A stretch of 64,000 nt of DNA from Cenarchaeum sp. (GCA_965242695.1 CBDESU010000001.1:2148537-2212536); one strand, 5' to 3'. Positions 9,144 to 19,893 are shown, numbered from the stretch's first letter. The notes: generated by a model not told the origin, from the letters alone. Numbers and translations: made by a program.

Positions 9144-12100
9144 CAACTCCTACGTATCCCGTATTTCCGTTACTAGTATCATACTAGCCACCATCATGGT
9201 GGCCGGCGGGGTCACGTTCGCCATACCGGGAGCCATCCCGGAGGCCGCGGCCCAGTCGAGCAACGCAAACCTGTACGTGTCTGCCGAGAACAGCGCCTTT
9301 GACAACGTCTTCACGGGCCTGAACGTCGTAGAGGTCGTAGTACGCGACCCCGACCGCACCATCAGGAGCGGCAGCGACATCGCTGCCGAGCCTCGCGTGA
9401 CGGTCGACGGCGACTGGCTGAGGATGGTCCAGGGCAACGACGGCAGCTGGTACGGGTACTTTGCTGAAAACGCAAGCATTCATGTTATAGAAAATGATCA
9501 AGATAACCCTAACGCCATAGATTATGGCGAAAGATGTGATACCGGTCCGGCGGGGCTTACCGGCTACGAGTTCGAATATGCGATGTGCGCCACTGGCGCT
9601 GATCGCGATAAAGACGGCAAGCATCCGGTCATCAGGACCCCCAAGGCGATCAACAATGCAGACAACACAGGCGATCGCGTTAACTTTGGAAGCATCGGGC
9701 TCGAAAGGGCCAACCAATGGCCCTTCATCCAGGTGTACAACTTTGACGACGAGAGTGACATTGTCGTAGAGTACGAAAAGGGCGGCGATGCCCAGAGCGT
9801 CACGCTCTACTATGACAGCGATCCTGACGAGTACGGCACCGGCCTAGAGCTGGGCCGCGACAGGTATCCCTTGGGCGGCGGAGTCATCATGACCATGACC
9901 GACCTAGCGATGAATGTCGATCCGACGGACAGCGACACTTGGACGTTTACTACGGCCGACGATGGGGCATACTACTACCTGTTTGACGACAATGGCATGT
10001 GCCAGGATAACCGTAGTGATGCAAACAAGATCAACCGCGATCTTGATGGCCTTGAAGGCGTCGACGACAACCTGTACCTGACCATCGATCCCGACAAGGA
10101 CGGGTCGACGGTTCTAAAATTCATGGTGCCCCACCCGGGTAACCAGAATGACGACTGTGGTGCAGGAACAAGCACTGCCAAGACCCTGATGATGAACTCC
10201 GACACGAACAACATGGTCACCTTCATCGAGGGCGACCCGGGCGTGTTCACGAACACCAACACCAACACCGATCTGCCCAACATAGTTGTCCCCACCAACG
10301 CGGCGAGGGGCAACACAGCGGTCATCGACTACAACGACGGCGACATATCCGTGGTGGTGGGCCATACCTTTGGGACCATAACGCTAGACGACGATGCAGT
10401 CGGTGGCGTGTGGAACTCTGGTGAGGAGATACCCGTCACGCTCACGGATGCGGATATTAACCGGGCCGCCATGAACGATGAAGACATAGACGTAAGCAAT
10501 CCCGCCTTTACGATAATCCCTAGCGTGCGGATCGGCTCGCCGATCACGCTTGCGAGCGCGGAGTCGGCCATGCTGGGCAACTCCATGCTTGCTGGCTCCA
10601 ACGGCACATTCGCTGTCGATTCGTTCAGCGACGTTGGTAGGCTGATGCCCAACATGACCGCCAACACCGTAACGTTCAAGTGGGCAGAGATGGGCGAAGA
10701 GATCGGGAGCTTCCTCGCAGATGAGGAAAATAACAGGGTCTACAACGCCGACGGCAGCTTCAGGGGCGTCACTTACCCCTCTGCCACGTTCCAGTTCCTC
10801 AACTTCGATGTTCGCTCAATCGGGAGCGTAAATAGCGCAGCCTTCCAGTGGATGAACGCAAGTGGAATGCAGAGCATTCCGATTCCTGATGTCAGCGGCG
10901 GTCAGGACCTTGTCGAAATAACCAATGTCGACGTGTCCATGATTCCTGACGATGCTGACGTTTACATCATGCTGAACTTTGGTGGCAACACCCTCGAGAG
11001 CGGCATGACATACCCTGTTGTAGTCGACCTCTTTAGCTTTGGCCAGATGGGAGACGGCGTTGCCGCCAGCGAGCGGATCAACAACGCAATCTACCGGCTA
11101 GAGCTTGAGGAGAGCGGCGACAACACCGGCGTATTCGAAGGCACGATAGAGTACACGATGCTCAACCAAATTAACGTCCGTGACCCGGGCACATACAATG
11201 GCCTGGACACAATCAGTGACGCAGTCACAATGGTGGTGCACAACGACATGACCGACGAGGACTCTATCCGTGTCAACTACCTAGACCTGGGCGCCGACGG
11301 CGTTGCGACGCAGATCGCCGACCAGGTAGAGGCACCTACAACATCGGGATCGGTCTCGTTCGATGCCGACAACTACAAGGTGGCCGACACGGTCACCGTG
11401 ACCCTTGAGGATGCAGACATGAACACAGCAGTCGAGACGATCGAGATATACACGGTCGTGGACACTGCTGACGATCCAGCCTATGACATGGTCGGCGTCG
11501 AGAACTACGGCGTCAACAGCGCGGGAGATGCGTTCGGCCGCGTCCTAGACGTCACGTTCGACGACCAGCTGTGGCTTGAGGGCTGCGGCATCAGCGGCGA
11601 CAACGGCCTCGGCTCAACCGGCTTTACGCTGATCGAGACTGGCGCCGACACGGGCGTCTTCACCGGCGACTTCCAGATTCCGCTCCAGTACTGCCACAGG
11701 CTTCCCAACAACGATGTAGAAGTCCGGTCCACCACCGGCGTTGATATGGAAGTCAACTATGTTGACTACCGCGACGCCTCCGGCGAGACCCTAGAGGTCG
11801 GCGACAGCGCCGGCATCAGGGCCAACACCGGCACGGTGAGCCTAGACAGGACCGTATACCCGGTTCCGTTCGGCGTACCGGCCGACTACGGCGGCAACCC
11901 GCCGCAGGGCGCATCGATATTCCCGATCCACGCGACCGGGATAAACAGCTGGCCGGCGCCGGGCACGTTCCTGCCCAACGGCGACCTGACGATCCACATC
12001 CGGGTCAACGATCCGGACTTTGACATCTCGGCGAGCGGCGAGGACACCATTGCGGTCAACATACCTCGCGGAGACCAGACTGCGAAGACGGATGCGAGCG

Positions 12101-14076
12101 CACTTGAGCACGGGCCTTTGAAGGTCACCGTCTCGAGGGGCGCAGCATCCGTGATCGTCGCGACTGCGGGCGGCGAGGCTGCCAACGACGGCAGGATCAC
12201 CACCCTCGGCACGCGGACGTTCGTGCAGAACGAGCAGATCATGCAGGAGGTTCTCAACGACGTAATGGTCGGAACCACGCGCGAGCTTGGGCCGATCACC
12301 GAGATCGCCCCCGACGCGGGCATATTTGAGCTTGACATGGTCCTGAGGTACACCGACGGGCCGTCCGGCAACCAATGCCCGACAACGAGCGTCTTCCAGG
12401 CGCTCGACGGCAGCGACGGCACCGACGCAAATAACAGGTTTACCGACAACGTCAACACGCACTGCATACAGCAGGGCGACATCATCACCGTAGAGTACAC
12501 CGACCCGACCGACTCGTCGGGCAACCCGAACACCGTGACCGACTCGGCCACGTTCGACCTGCGCAACGGCGTGCTCCAGTCCGACAAGTCCGTCTACATC
12601 ATCGGCCAGGACATGATCCTGACGCTGATCGAGCCGGACCTCGACCTGGAGAGCGACGAGGCCGAGACGTACGATCTCGACCTGATCGAGTGGGACTCGG
12701 ACGCGGCCGGCACGACCATGGGCAACATGGGCGGCGGCGCGGTATTCGACCCCGAGCCTTCCGACCTTAGGGAGACCGGCGACAGCACTGGTATATTCCA
12801 GGTTGTAGTCGAGATACCCGAGGCGTTCGGGAACAACCGCGTAGAGCGGGGCGAGGAGATCGAGCTCGAGTACACCGACTTTGGCCCGTCTGGCGCCGAC
12901 TACGTCGGCGACGACACCGAGGACATCAACCTGACCGTCTTCACCTCCAACTTTGGGGCTACGATCGAGCTGGACCAGAAGGTCTACACGTGGACCGACA
13001 AGGTCTACATTACGATCGTCGCGCCCGACCACAACTTCGACTCGGACCTTGTCGACGAGATCGGCGAGACCTCTAGCGACCCGATCAGGGTATCCACGAG
13101 GAGCGCCGAGCTCGAGCAGTACCGCTTGGTCGAGACGGGCACCGACACCGGCATATTCGCCGGCGAGGTGATCCTGACAGGCTTCAGCCACGACGCGGAC
13201 GGCGACACCACAACGGGCAACAACGGCTACGACATCGTCAACACCCCAGCGTCCGGCACCGGCCCGACCGACGGCAAGCTTCCGACGGGCGACGACGACG
13301 GCATTACCGTGTCGTTCGAGTTCTCCGAGGACGAGACCGTCGTGACGACGGCGCTAGTGCGCTGGAGCATAGGCGAAGTGCAGTGGCTAGAGACGAGCTA
13401 CCCGGCGCAGGGCACGGGCATTGTCAGGGTCATCGACCCCGACATGAACCTGGACCCAGAGTCGGTGGACAACTTCGGCATCGACGTGTACTCGGACTCG
13501 GACTCGGGAGGCATCGACCTCACCGTGACCGAGACCAACGAGGCCACGGGCGTGTTCGAGGGGACGGTCTTCTTCACGACTACCGACGAGTCGTCGGGCC
13601 ACAGGCTGCGCGTCGCCGAGGGCGACACGATAACGGCCGAGTACACCGACGGCACGCTCCCGAACCCGTACAGCACCAACGACGATATCGACGTAACGGC
13701 AGCCGCAATCATCGGCACGATCGTGCCTCCGCTCGAGAGGGCGCCGGTCTCGAACGCCCGGGTAGTCGATTCCTTCGGGAACACGCTATCCTCGGTGTCC
13801 GTGGACCAGCAGGTGCAGATAACGGCCGACGTGATCAACGGGCAGGACCGGACGCAGTCGTTCGCGTACCTTGTCCAGATCCAGGATGCCAACGGCGTCA
13901 CCGTCTCGCTCTCGTGGATAGAGGGCTCGCTCAATCCGGGCCAGTCCCTCTCGCCAGCGCAGTCTTGGACGCCCGACATGCCAGGCTCGTACACCGCAAC
14001 GGTGTTCGTCTGGGAGTCGGTCGACAACCCGACCGCGCTGTCTCCGCCGGGCACCGTAACGGTCAACGTAAGGTAG
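9136..14076 (+). CDS. S-layer glycoprotein (Nitrosopumilus-type), copy 1
   Basis: Signal peptide TIMVAGGVTFAIPG, LYVSAEN, repeated ETGxDTGxFxG Ig-like domains and C-terminal FVWESVDNPTALS; highly acidic. Confidence 0.9.
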   Translation: MVSNSYVSRISVTSIILATIMVAGGVTFAIPGAIPEAAAQSSNANLYVSAENSAFDNVFTGLNVVEVVVRDPDRTIRSGSDIAAEPRVTVDGDWLRMVQGNDGSWYGYFAENASIHVIENDQDNPNAIDYGERCDTGPAGLTGYEFEYAMCATGADRDKDGKHPVIRTPKAINNADNTGDRVNFGSIGLERANQWPFIQVYNFDDESDIVVEYEKGGDAQSVTLYYDSDPDEYGTGLELGRDRYPLGGGVIMTMTDLAMNVDPTDSDTWTFTTADDGAYYYLFDDNGMCQDNRSDANKINRDLDGLEGVDDNLYLTIDPDKDGSTVLKFMVPHPGNQNDDCGAGTSTAKTLMMNSDTNNMVTFIEGDPGVFTNTNTNTDLPNIVVPTNAARGNTAVIDYNDGDISVVVGHTFGTITLDDDAVGGVWNSGEEIPVTLTDADINRAAMNDEDIDVSNPAFTIIPSVRIGSPITLASAESAMLGNSMLAGSNGTFAVDSFSDVGRLMPNMTANTVTFKWAEMGEEIGSFLADEENNRVYNADGSFRGVTYPSATFQFLNFDVRSIGSVNSAAFQWMNASGMQSIPIPDVSGGQDLVEITNVDVSMIPDDADVYIMLNFGGNTLESGMTYPVVVDLFSFGQMGDGVAASERINNAIYRLELEESGDNTGVFEGTIEYTMLNQINVRDPGTYNGLDTISDAVTMVVHNDMTDEDSIRVNYLDLGADGVATQIADQVEAPTTSGSVSFDADNYKVADTVTVTLEDADMNTAVETIEIYTVVDTADDPAYDMVGVENYGVNSAGDAFGRVLDVTFDDQLWLEGCGISGDNGLGSTGFTLIETGADTGVFTGDFQIPLQYCHRLPNNDVEVRSTTGVDMEVNYVDYRDASGETLEVGDSAGIRANTGTVSLDRTVYPVPFGVPADYGGNPPQGASIFPIHATGINSWPAPGTFLPNGDLTIHIRVNDPDFDISASGEDTIAVNIPRGDQTAKTDASALEHGPLKVTVSRGAASVIVATAGGEAANDGRITTLGTRTFVQNEQIMQEVLNDVMVGTTRELGPITEIAPDAGIFELDMVLRYTDGPSGNQCPTTSVFQALDGSDGTDANNRFTDNVNTHCIQQGDIITVEYTDPTDSSGNPNTVTDSATFDLRNGVLQSDKSVYIIGQDMILTLIEPDLDLESDEAETYDLDLIEWDSDAAGTTMGNMGGGAVFDPEPSDLRETGDSTGIFQVVVEIPEAFGNNRVERGEEIELEYTDFGPSGADYVGDDTEDINLTVFTSNFGATIELDQKVYTWTDKVYITIVAPDHNFDSDLVDEIGETSSDPIRVSTRSAELEQYRLVETGTDTGIFAGEVILTGFSHDADGDTTTGNNGYDIVNTPASGTGPTDGKLPTGDDDGITVSFEFSEDETVVTTALVRWSIGEVQWLETSYPAQGTGIVRVIDPDMNLDPESVDNFGIDVYSDSDSGGIDLTVTETNEATGVFEGTVFFTTTDESSGHRLRVAEGDTITAEYTDGTLPNPYSTNDDIDVTAAAIIGTIVPPLERAPVSNARVVDSFGNTLSSVSVDQQVQITADVINGQDRTQSFAYLVQIQDANGVTVSLSWIEGSLNPGQSLSPAQSWTPDMPGSYTATVFVWESVDNPTALSPPGTVTVNVR
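9169..9204 (+). other. Conserved palindromic site at the S-layer 5' end (putative recombination core), copy 1
   Basis: GTTACTAGTATCATACTAGCCACCATCATGGTGGCC is identical in all four copies; identity with copies 2-4 breaks within 2 bp upstream. Confidence 0.55.
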
Positions 14077-14094
14077 ACAACACACAGATACTAG

Positions 14095-14140
14095 TTTCAC
14101 TTTTCCTTTTTTCATTTTTTTGAATCCTTCTTTGTGGGGG
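14095..14140 (+). terminator. T-rich archaeal terminator after S-layer copy 1
   Basis: Poly-T runs just after the stop codon, conserved after all four S-layer genes. Confidence 0.65.
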
Positions 14141-14489
14141 GCACTGTGCCCCTGCATCCTCAACTCAGTGGGGGAGAGGGTGCGTTCATGAGTAAGCACG
14201 GCTGATCTTGGCTGAAAGTGTATGGCATCATCCGATGTCGACATGCAGGAACGCTTTGAGTTACACACACATCGTGGCGACGGGTGTCGGACCTGCCACC
14301 ATCCCGCAACGTAGCAGATGAAACATGATCGCGACATGATCTCAATGCCGCGCCTCTCCCATGCCCATGTCAGGGGAATGACGTACACGACGCGTCGCGA
14401 CGGGATTGCCGCAGGGCGCGAACTGATGCGCGGTAAGAGTGGGGGCGGTCCAGACCGTCGCATGCAAGTCGCCGGCAGGGCATAGCATC

Positions 14490-14534
14490 CCCCACGAAGA
14501 GGGATTCAAAAAAATGAAAAAAGGAAAAGTGAAA
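14490..14534 (-). terminator. T-rich terminator after S-layer copy 2
   Basis: Reverse complement of the copy 1 terminator region. Confidence 0.6.
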
Positions 14535-14552
14535 CTAGTATCTGTGTGTTGT

Positions 14553-17500
14553 CTACCTTACGTTGACCGTTACGGTGCCCGGCGGAGACAGCGCGGTCGG
14601 GTTGTCGACCGACTCCCAGACGAACACCGTTGCGGTGTACGAGCCTGGCATGTCGGGCGTCCAAGACTGCGCTGGCGAGAGGGACTGGCCCGGATTGAGC
14701 GAGCCCTCTATCCACGAGAGCGAGACGGTGACGCCGTTGGCATCCTGGATCTGGACAAGGTACGCGAACGACTGCGTCCGGTCCTGCCCGTTGATCACGT
14801 CGGCCGTTATCTGCACCTGCTGGTCCACGGACACCGAGGATAGCGTGTTCCCGAAGGAATCGACTACCCGGGCGTTCGAGACCGGCGCCCTCTCGAGCGG
14901 AGGCACGATCGTGCCGATGATTGCGGCTGCCGTTACGTCGATATCGTCGTTGGTGCTGTACGGGTTCGGGAGCGTGCCGTCGGTGTACTCGGCCGATATC
15001 GTGTCGCCCTCGGCGACGCGCAGCCTGTGGCCCGACGACTCGTCGGTAGTCGTGAAGAAGACCGTCCCCTCAAACACGCCCGTGGCCTCGTTGGTCTCGG
15101 TCACGGTGAGGTCGATGCCTCCCGAGTCCGAGTCCGAGTACACGTCGATGTCGAAGTTGTCCACGGCCTCTGGGTCCAAGTTCATGTCACGGTCAATGAC
15201 CCTGACAATCCCCGTGCCCTGCGCCGGGTAGCTCGTTTCTAGCCACTGCACTTCGCCTATGCTCCAGCGCACTAGCGCCGTCGTCACGACGGTCTCGTCC
15301 TCGGAGAACTCGAACGACACGGTAATGCCGTCGTCGTCGCCCGTCGGAAGCTTGCCGTCGGTCGGGCCGGTGCCAGATGCAGGCGTGTCGACAATGTCGT
15401 AGCCGTTGGTGCCCGTCCTAGTGTTTCCGTCCGCGTCGTGGCTGAAGCCTGTCAGGATCACCTCGCCGGCGAATATGCCGGTGTCGGTGCCCGTCTCTAC
15501 GAGGCGATACGGCTCGAGCTCGGCGCCGCGGGTCGAGACCCGTATCGGGTCGGATCCCGTCTCGCCGATCTCGTCGACAAGGTCAGAGTCGAAGTTGTGG
15601 TCTGGCGCGACGATCGTAATGTAGACCTTGTCGGTCCACGTGTAGACCTTCTGGTCCAGCTCGATCGTTGCCCCAAAGTTGGATGTGAAGACGGTCAGGT
15701 TGATGTCCTCGTCGTCGTCGCCGACGTAGTCGGCGCCAGACGGGCCCCAGTCGGTGTACTCGAGGGTGATCTCTTCGCCCCTCTCGACCCTGTCGCCGCC
15801 TAGCTCCTCGGGTATCTCGACTACAACCTGGAATATTCCAGTGCTGTCGCCGGTCTCCCTCAGGTCGGACGGTTCGGGATCGAAGTTGACGCTGCCTCTC
15901 GGCTGGCCCACGGTGCCCATTGAAAGGGCAGCCGCGTCAGAGTCCCACTCGATCAGGTCTAGGCTATACGTCTCTGCCTCGTCGCTCTCCAGGTCGAGAT
16001 CCGGCTCGATCAGCGTCAGGATCATGTCCTGGCCGATGATGTAGACGGACTTGTCGGACTGGAGGACGCCGTTGCGCAGGTCGAACGTGGCCGAGTCGGT
16101 CACGGTGTTCGGGTTGCCCGACGCATCTGTCGGATCGGTGTACTCTACGGTCAGAATGTCGCCCTGCAGGATGCAGTGGTTTGTCTGCCCGTCGGAGAAC
16201 CTGGTAAGGGCGCTCTCGGTCTTCATGTTCGTCTCGGATATCCTCTCGCCCTCAAGCGGCTCGAAGGATCCCGTCTCGGGACACTGCGAGCTGGCCGGGC
16301 CATCAGTGTACCTGATCGGCAGGTCGAGCTCGAATATGCCGGCGTCGGGGGCGATCTCGGTGATCGGCCCTAGCTCTCTGGTCTGGGACACGTCGCGTAT
16401 CCGCTCCTGGATGGTTCCGTCAGCCATTCTCACGATGGTAGATGCCGTCCCTGCAGAGGCCACATCCGAGCCGGACGTGATCACGCCGCCCATATTGTCT
16501 TCGTTGCCTATCTTTGCTGGACCTCCTGCGGTAGCGATAACCACTGTATCAGCACCCCTCGAGATTGACACCTTGAGGGGGCCATGTGTCTTGTCGTCAC
16601 CGCGATCGATCGCTTCGCTTATCACGTCTTCGCCGCTAGCCGATATGTCGTAGTCGGGATCGTTGATCCGGACATGCACTGTCAGATCGCCCGTCGGCAG
16701 GTATGTGTTGACGGTGCCTACGTTGCCACCGTGGCCGGTGGAGTGTATCGGGAATATGGTGTTGGGAGTCATGCGAGTAAAGCTGTTGTCGTTGTTCCTC
16801 GTGGTAAAGTCATTGGCAGTACCGAACGGAACGGGATAGACAGTCCTGTCTAGACTGACAGTACCGGTGTTGGCCCTGATGCCGGCGCTGTCGCCGACTT
16901 CTATAGTCTCGCCGGAGGCGTCACGGTAGTCAACATAGTTGACCTCCATGTCGACGCCGGTGGTAGACCTAGACTCGTCACCGATGCTGGTCCTGTGGCA
17001 GTAGTTTGACGGAATCTGGAAGTCGCCGGTAAAGACGCCGGTATCGGCGCCCGTCTCGATCAGCGTAAAGCCGGTCTCGCCGAGGCCGTTGTCTACGTCA
17101 TCGTCTATGCTTGCTTCGCAACCCTTAAGCCATAGCTGGTCGTCGAACGTAATGTCTAGGACGCGTCCCAGTGCAGCGCCGCTGGCGACACCGCCAAGGC
17201 GCCCGTACCCGGGCTCGCCAATCATGTCAAATGCAGGATCGCGTATGTCGGGAAGTTCGTTGCCCTGCGCGTCCACAGCCTTGTAGGTCGTGTCGACCGC
17301 AGTGTAGATGTCCACCGTCTCGACGGCAGTGTTCAGGTCGGCATCTTCGAGTGTGACTGTGACCGTGTCGGCCACCTTGTAGTTGTCAGCATCGAATGAT
17401 ACCGACCCCGATACCGTCGGAGCCTCCACTTGGTCGGCGATCTGCGTCGCAACGCCGTCGGCTCCCAAGTCGCGGTAGTTGACGCGGACAGAGTCCTCGT

Positions 17501-19667
17501 CAGTCATGTCATTGTGGACAATCAAGACGATTGCATCGCTTATTGGGTCAATGTCCTCATAGGTAGATTCCTGTCGGACGTTGATCTGGTTGAGCATGAT
17601 GTATTCCATGCTTCCCTCGAAGACGCCCGTGTTGTCGCCGCTCTCCTCCAGCTCCAGCCGGTAGATGGCGTTGTTGATCCTGTCGCCAGGTGCAACGCCG
17701 TCGCCCATCTGCCCAAAGCTGAAGAGGTCGACCGCTACAGGGTAAGTCTTGTCGGCTTCAAGAGTAGTAATCCCGAAGTCCAGCACTATGTCGACTTGCG
17801 CATTGTCTGGAATGTTGTTGATCTCGGTCATGTTGGCAGTTATGCCGACAAGGCCCTGATCCATGCCATTGACAGCACCTATCGCTGTCTCCATGTCGTC
17901 ACCCCATTGGAATGACGCGCCAGTAAGTTCACCGATCGAGCGCACGTCAAAGTTGAGGAATTGGAACGTGGCTGGCTTGGGTGCAACGTGCGTTGCTGTC
18001 CCTTGTGCCGGATCATCCTCCAGGAACGACTTGAGCGTCTCGCCCGTTGTCACTCCCTTGAACGTCAGGTCCACGTTGATGGTGTCCATTGCTGGCATCA
18101 GCCTGACAATGTCGCTAAAAGCGTCCTTCGTAAAGTTGCCCGCCATAGCCATATCCGTGGAAGCTAGCGTGAGATTTTCATTGCTTCCGACCATTACCAT
18201 CGAGTCAACCCCGCCAAGCGTAATGGGTGAACCAATGCGCACGCTAGGAATAATCGTGATCTTGTCGTTATACAGCTCTAGATCCTCGTCGTTCATGGCC
18301 ATGCGGTTAACATCTGCATCTGTAAGCGTGACGGGTATCTCCTCGCCAGAGTTCCACACTCCGCCGACTGCGTCGTCGTCAATCGTTATGGTTGCAGTGG
18401 AGTAACCCACCACCACGGACATAGTGCCGTCGTTGTGGTCAATGACGGCGGTAGTGCCCCTATTCGCACTCATTGGCACGTAGAGGTTGGGCGTATCGCT
18501 GTCACTATCAGTGTTTGTGAACACGCCAGAGTCACCTTCGATAAAAGTGACCATCCGGATGTTTTCATTGTTGTTGTTCATGTTGCTATCGCGGTTCACA
18601 GCATTGGCAACGATCAGGTCTGCACCGCGGCTATTGATTGCACTGTCATCTGCACATGTGCGCGTGCCATCTCTCTTGACAGGATCATCCTGGCTACCCT
18701 CATGAGGCGCCCTGAACTCAACTGCCATGCTGCCATCCTTATCGGTGTCAATGGTAAGGTAGAGGTTGTCTTCAACACCCTCGAGTCCCTCACCGTCAAC
18801 GCCATCCCGGGGAAGCATAGGCGGATTCCTGTCTTGGCACACACCATCGTCATCGAAGAGATAGTAGTATGCAGCTTGGTAGTTGTCATGCTCAGAATTG
18901 TCTGTAGTCATGAACGTCCACGTGTCGCTGTCCGTCGGGTCCACGTCCATGGCGAAGTCCGTCATGGTCATGATGACGCCGCCGCCCAGGGGATACCTGT
19001 CGCGGCCCAGCTCCAAGCCGACGCCGTAGTCAGTGGGATCGCTGTCGTAGTAGAGGGTGACACTCTGCGAGTCGCCTCCCTTTTCGTACTCTACGACAAT
19101 GTCGCTCTCGTCGTCAAAGTCGTACACCTGGATGAATGGCCACTGGTTTGCATCAGCGCTACTAAGCCTGATGCTACCCAAGTTGGCGCGGTCCGCCGCA
19201 TCGTTGATCGCCTTTGGCGTCCTGATAACATCGTTGGCGCTACACCTTAGCGAGACGGACTCGGTATTTCCGAGGCTCTCCATCGTGCATTCAGTGCCGT
19301 AGTTTATTGCAGGACCGACATTATCAATGTTGACCTCTGCAAAGTACCCGTACCAGTTGCCGTCGTTGCCGTGGACCATCCTCAGAAGGTCTCCGTCTAC
19401 CGTCACGCGAGGCTCGGCGGCTATGTCGCTGCCGCTCCGTATGGTGCGGTCGGGGTCGCGAACGACCACCTCTACGACGTTGAGGCCGCTGATGGCGTTG
19501 TTGGTGTCGGCGTTCTCTGCCGACACGTACAGGTTTGCGTTGCTCGACTGGGCCGCTGCCTCCGGGATGGCTCCCGGTATGGCGAACGTGACCCCGCCGG
19601 CCACCATGATGGTGGCTAGTATGATACTAGTAACAGCATGCCGGTTCCTTGCTGTTTTTGATACCAT
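14553..19667 (-). CDS. S-layer glycoprotein, copy 2
   Basis: Paralog of copy 1 with near-identical C-terminus and divergent N-terminal/central blocks; no TATA box upstream. Confidence 0.9.
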   Translation of the reverse strand: MVSKTARNRHAVTSIILATIMVAGGVTFAIPGAIPEAAAQSSNANLYVSAENADTNNAISGLNVVEVVVRDPDRTIRSGSDIAAEPRVTVDGDLLRMVHGNDGNWYGYFAEVNIDNVGPAINYGTECTMESLGNTESVSLRCSANDVIRTPKAINDAADRANLGSIRLSSADANQWPFIQVYDFDDESDIVVEYEKGGDSQSVTLYYDSDPTDYGVGLELGRDRYPLGGGVIMTMTDFAMDVDPTDSDTWTFMTTDNSEHDNYQAAYYYLFDDDGVCQDRNPPMLPRDGVDGEGLEGVEDNLYLTIDTDKDGSMAVEFRAPHEGSQDDPVKRDGTRTCADDSAINSRGADLIVANAVNRDSNMNNNNENIRMVTFIEGDSGVFTNTDSDSDTPNLYVPMSANRGTTAVIDHNDGTMSVVVGYSTATITIDDDAVGGVWNSGEEIPVTLTDADVNRMAMNDEDLELYNDKITIIPSVRIGSPITLGGVDSMVMVGSNENLTLASTDMAMAGNFTKDAFSDIVRLMPAMDTINVDLTFKGVTTGETLKSFLEDDPAQGTATHVAPKPATFQFLNFDVRSIGELTGASFQWGDDMETAIGAVNGMDQGLVGITANMTEINNIPDNAQVDIVLDFGITTLEADKTYPVAVDLFSFGQMGDGVAPGDRINNAIYRLELEESGDNTGVFEGSMEYIMLNQINVRQESTYEDIDPISDAIVLIVHNDMTDEDSVRVNYRDLGADGVATQIADQVEAPTVSGSVSFDADNYKVADTVTVTLEDADLNTAVETVDIYTAVDTTYKAVDAQGNELPDIRDPAFDMIGEPGYGRLGGVASGAALGRVLDITFDDQLWLKGCEASIDDDVDNGLGETGFTLIETGADTGVFTGDFQIPSNYCHRTSIGDESRSTTGVDMEVNYVDYRDASGETIEVGDSAGIRANTGTVSLDRTVYPVPFGTANDFTTRNNDNSFTRMTPNTIFPIHSTGHGGNVGTVNTYLPTGDLTVHVRINDPDYDISASGEDVISEAIDRGDDKTHGPLKVSISRGADTVVIATAGGPAKIGNEDNMGGVITSGSDVASAGTASTIVRMADGTIQERIRDVSQTRELGPITEIAPDAGIFELDLPIRYTDGPASSQCPETGSFEPLEGERISETNMKTESALTRFSDGQTNHCILQGDILTVEYTDPTDASGNPNTVTDSATFDLRNGVLQSDKSVYIIGQDMILTLIEPDLDLESDEAETYSLDLIEWDSDAAALSMGTVGQPRGSVNFDPEPSDLRETGDSTGIFQVVVEIPEELGGDRVERGEEITLEYTDWGPSGADYVGDDDEDINLTVFTSNFGATIELDQKVYTWTDKVYITIVAPDHNFDSDLVDEIGETGSDPIRVSTRGAELEPYRLVETGTDTGIFAGEVILTGFSHDADGNTRTGTNGYDIVDTPASGTGPTDGKLPTGDDDGITVSFEFSEDETVVTTALVRWSIGEVQWLETSYPAQGTGIVRVIDRDMNLDPEAVDNFDIDVYSDSDSGGIDLTVTETNEATGVFEGTVFFTTTDESSGHRLRVAEGDTISAEYTDGTLPNPYSTNDDIDVTAAAIIGTIVPPLERAPVSNARVVDSFGNTLSSVSVDQQVQITADVINGQDRTQSFAYLVQIQDANGVTVSLSWIEGSLNPGQSLSPAQSWTPDMPGSYTATVFVWESVDNPTALSPPGTVTVNVR
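19599..19634 (-). other. Putative recombination core, copy 2
   Basis: Exact reverse complement of 9169-9204. Confidence 0.55.
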
Positions 19668-19893
19668 ATCCCGCCGGGCCATCGGGGCGGCGCCAGCCGT
19701 CGGCGTGCATTCGGCAGGGTGGGCCGGACATTGGCGCGGGCGGAACCGGGACTCGGCCTCTGACCTTGGCGCGCTGTCGGGCGGGCGGCTTGGCGCCGCA
19801 TGGTGCGGGATTGTCCTCCCATCCCACTCCGCCGGCCCGTTCGCTCGCCGTCAAAAGGCAGGGTACATAACCCACCCAAGTTTTCCCACGGAC

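Noticed and set aside
11842-14463. Long antisense ORFs within the S-layer genes (and within mtnP, the ATPase and the integrase)
   Set aside because: They are by-products of GC-rich codon usage on the coding strand.
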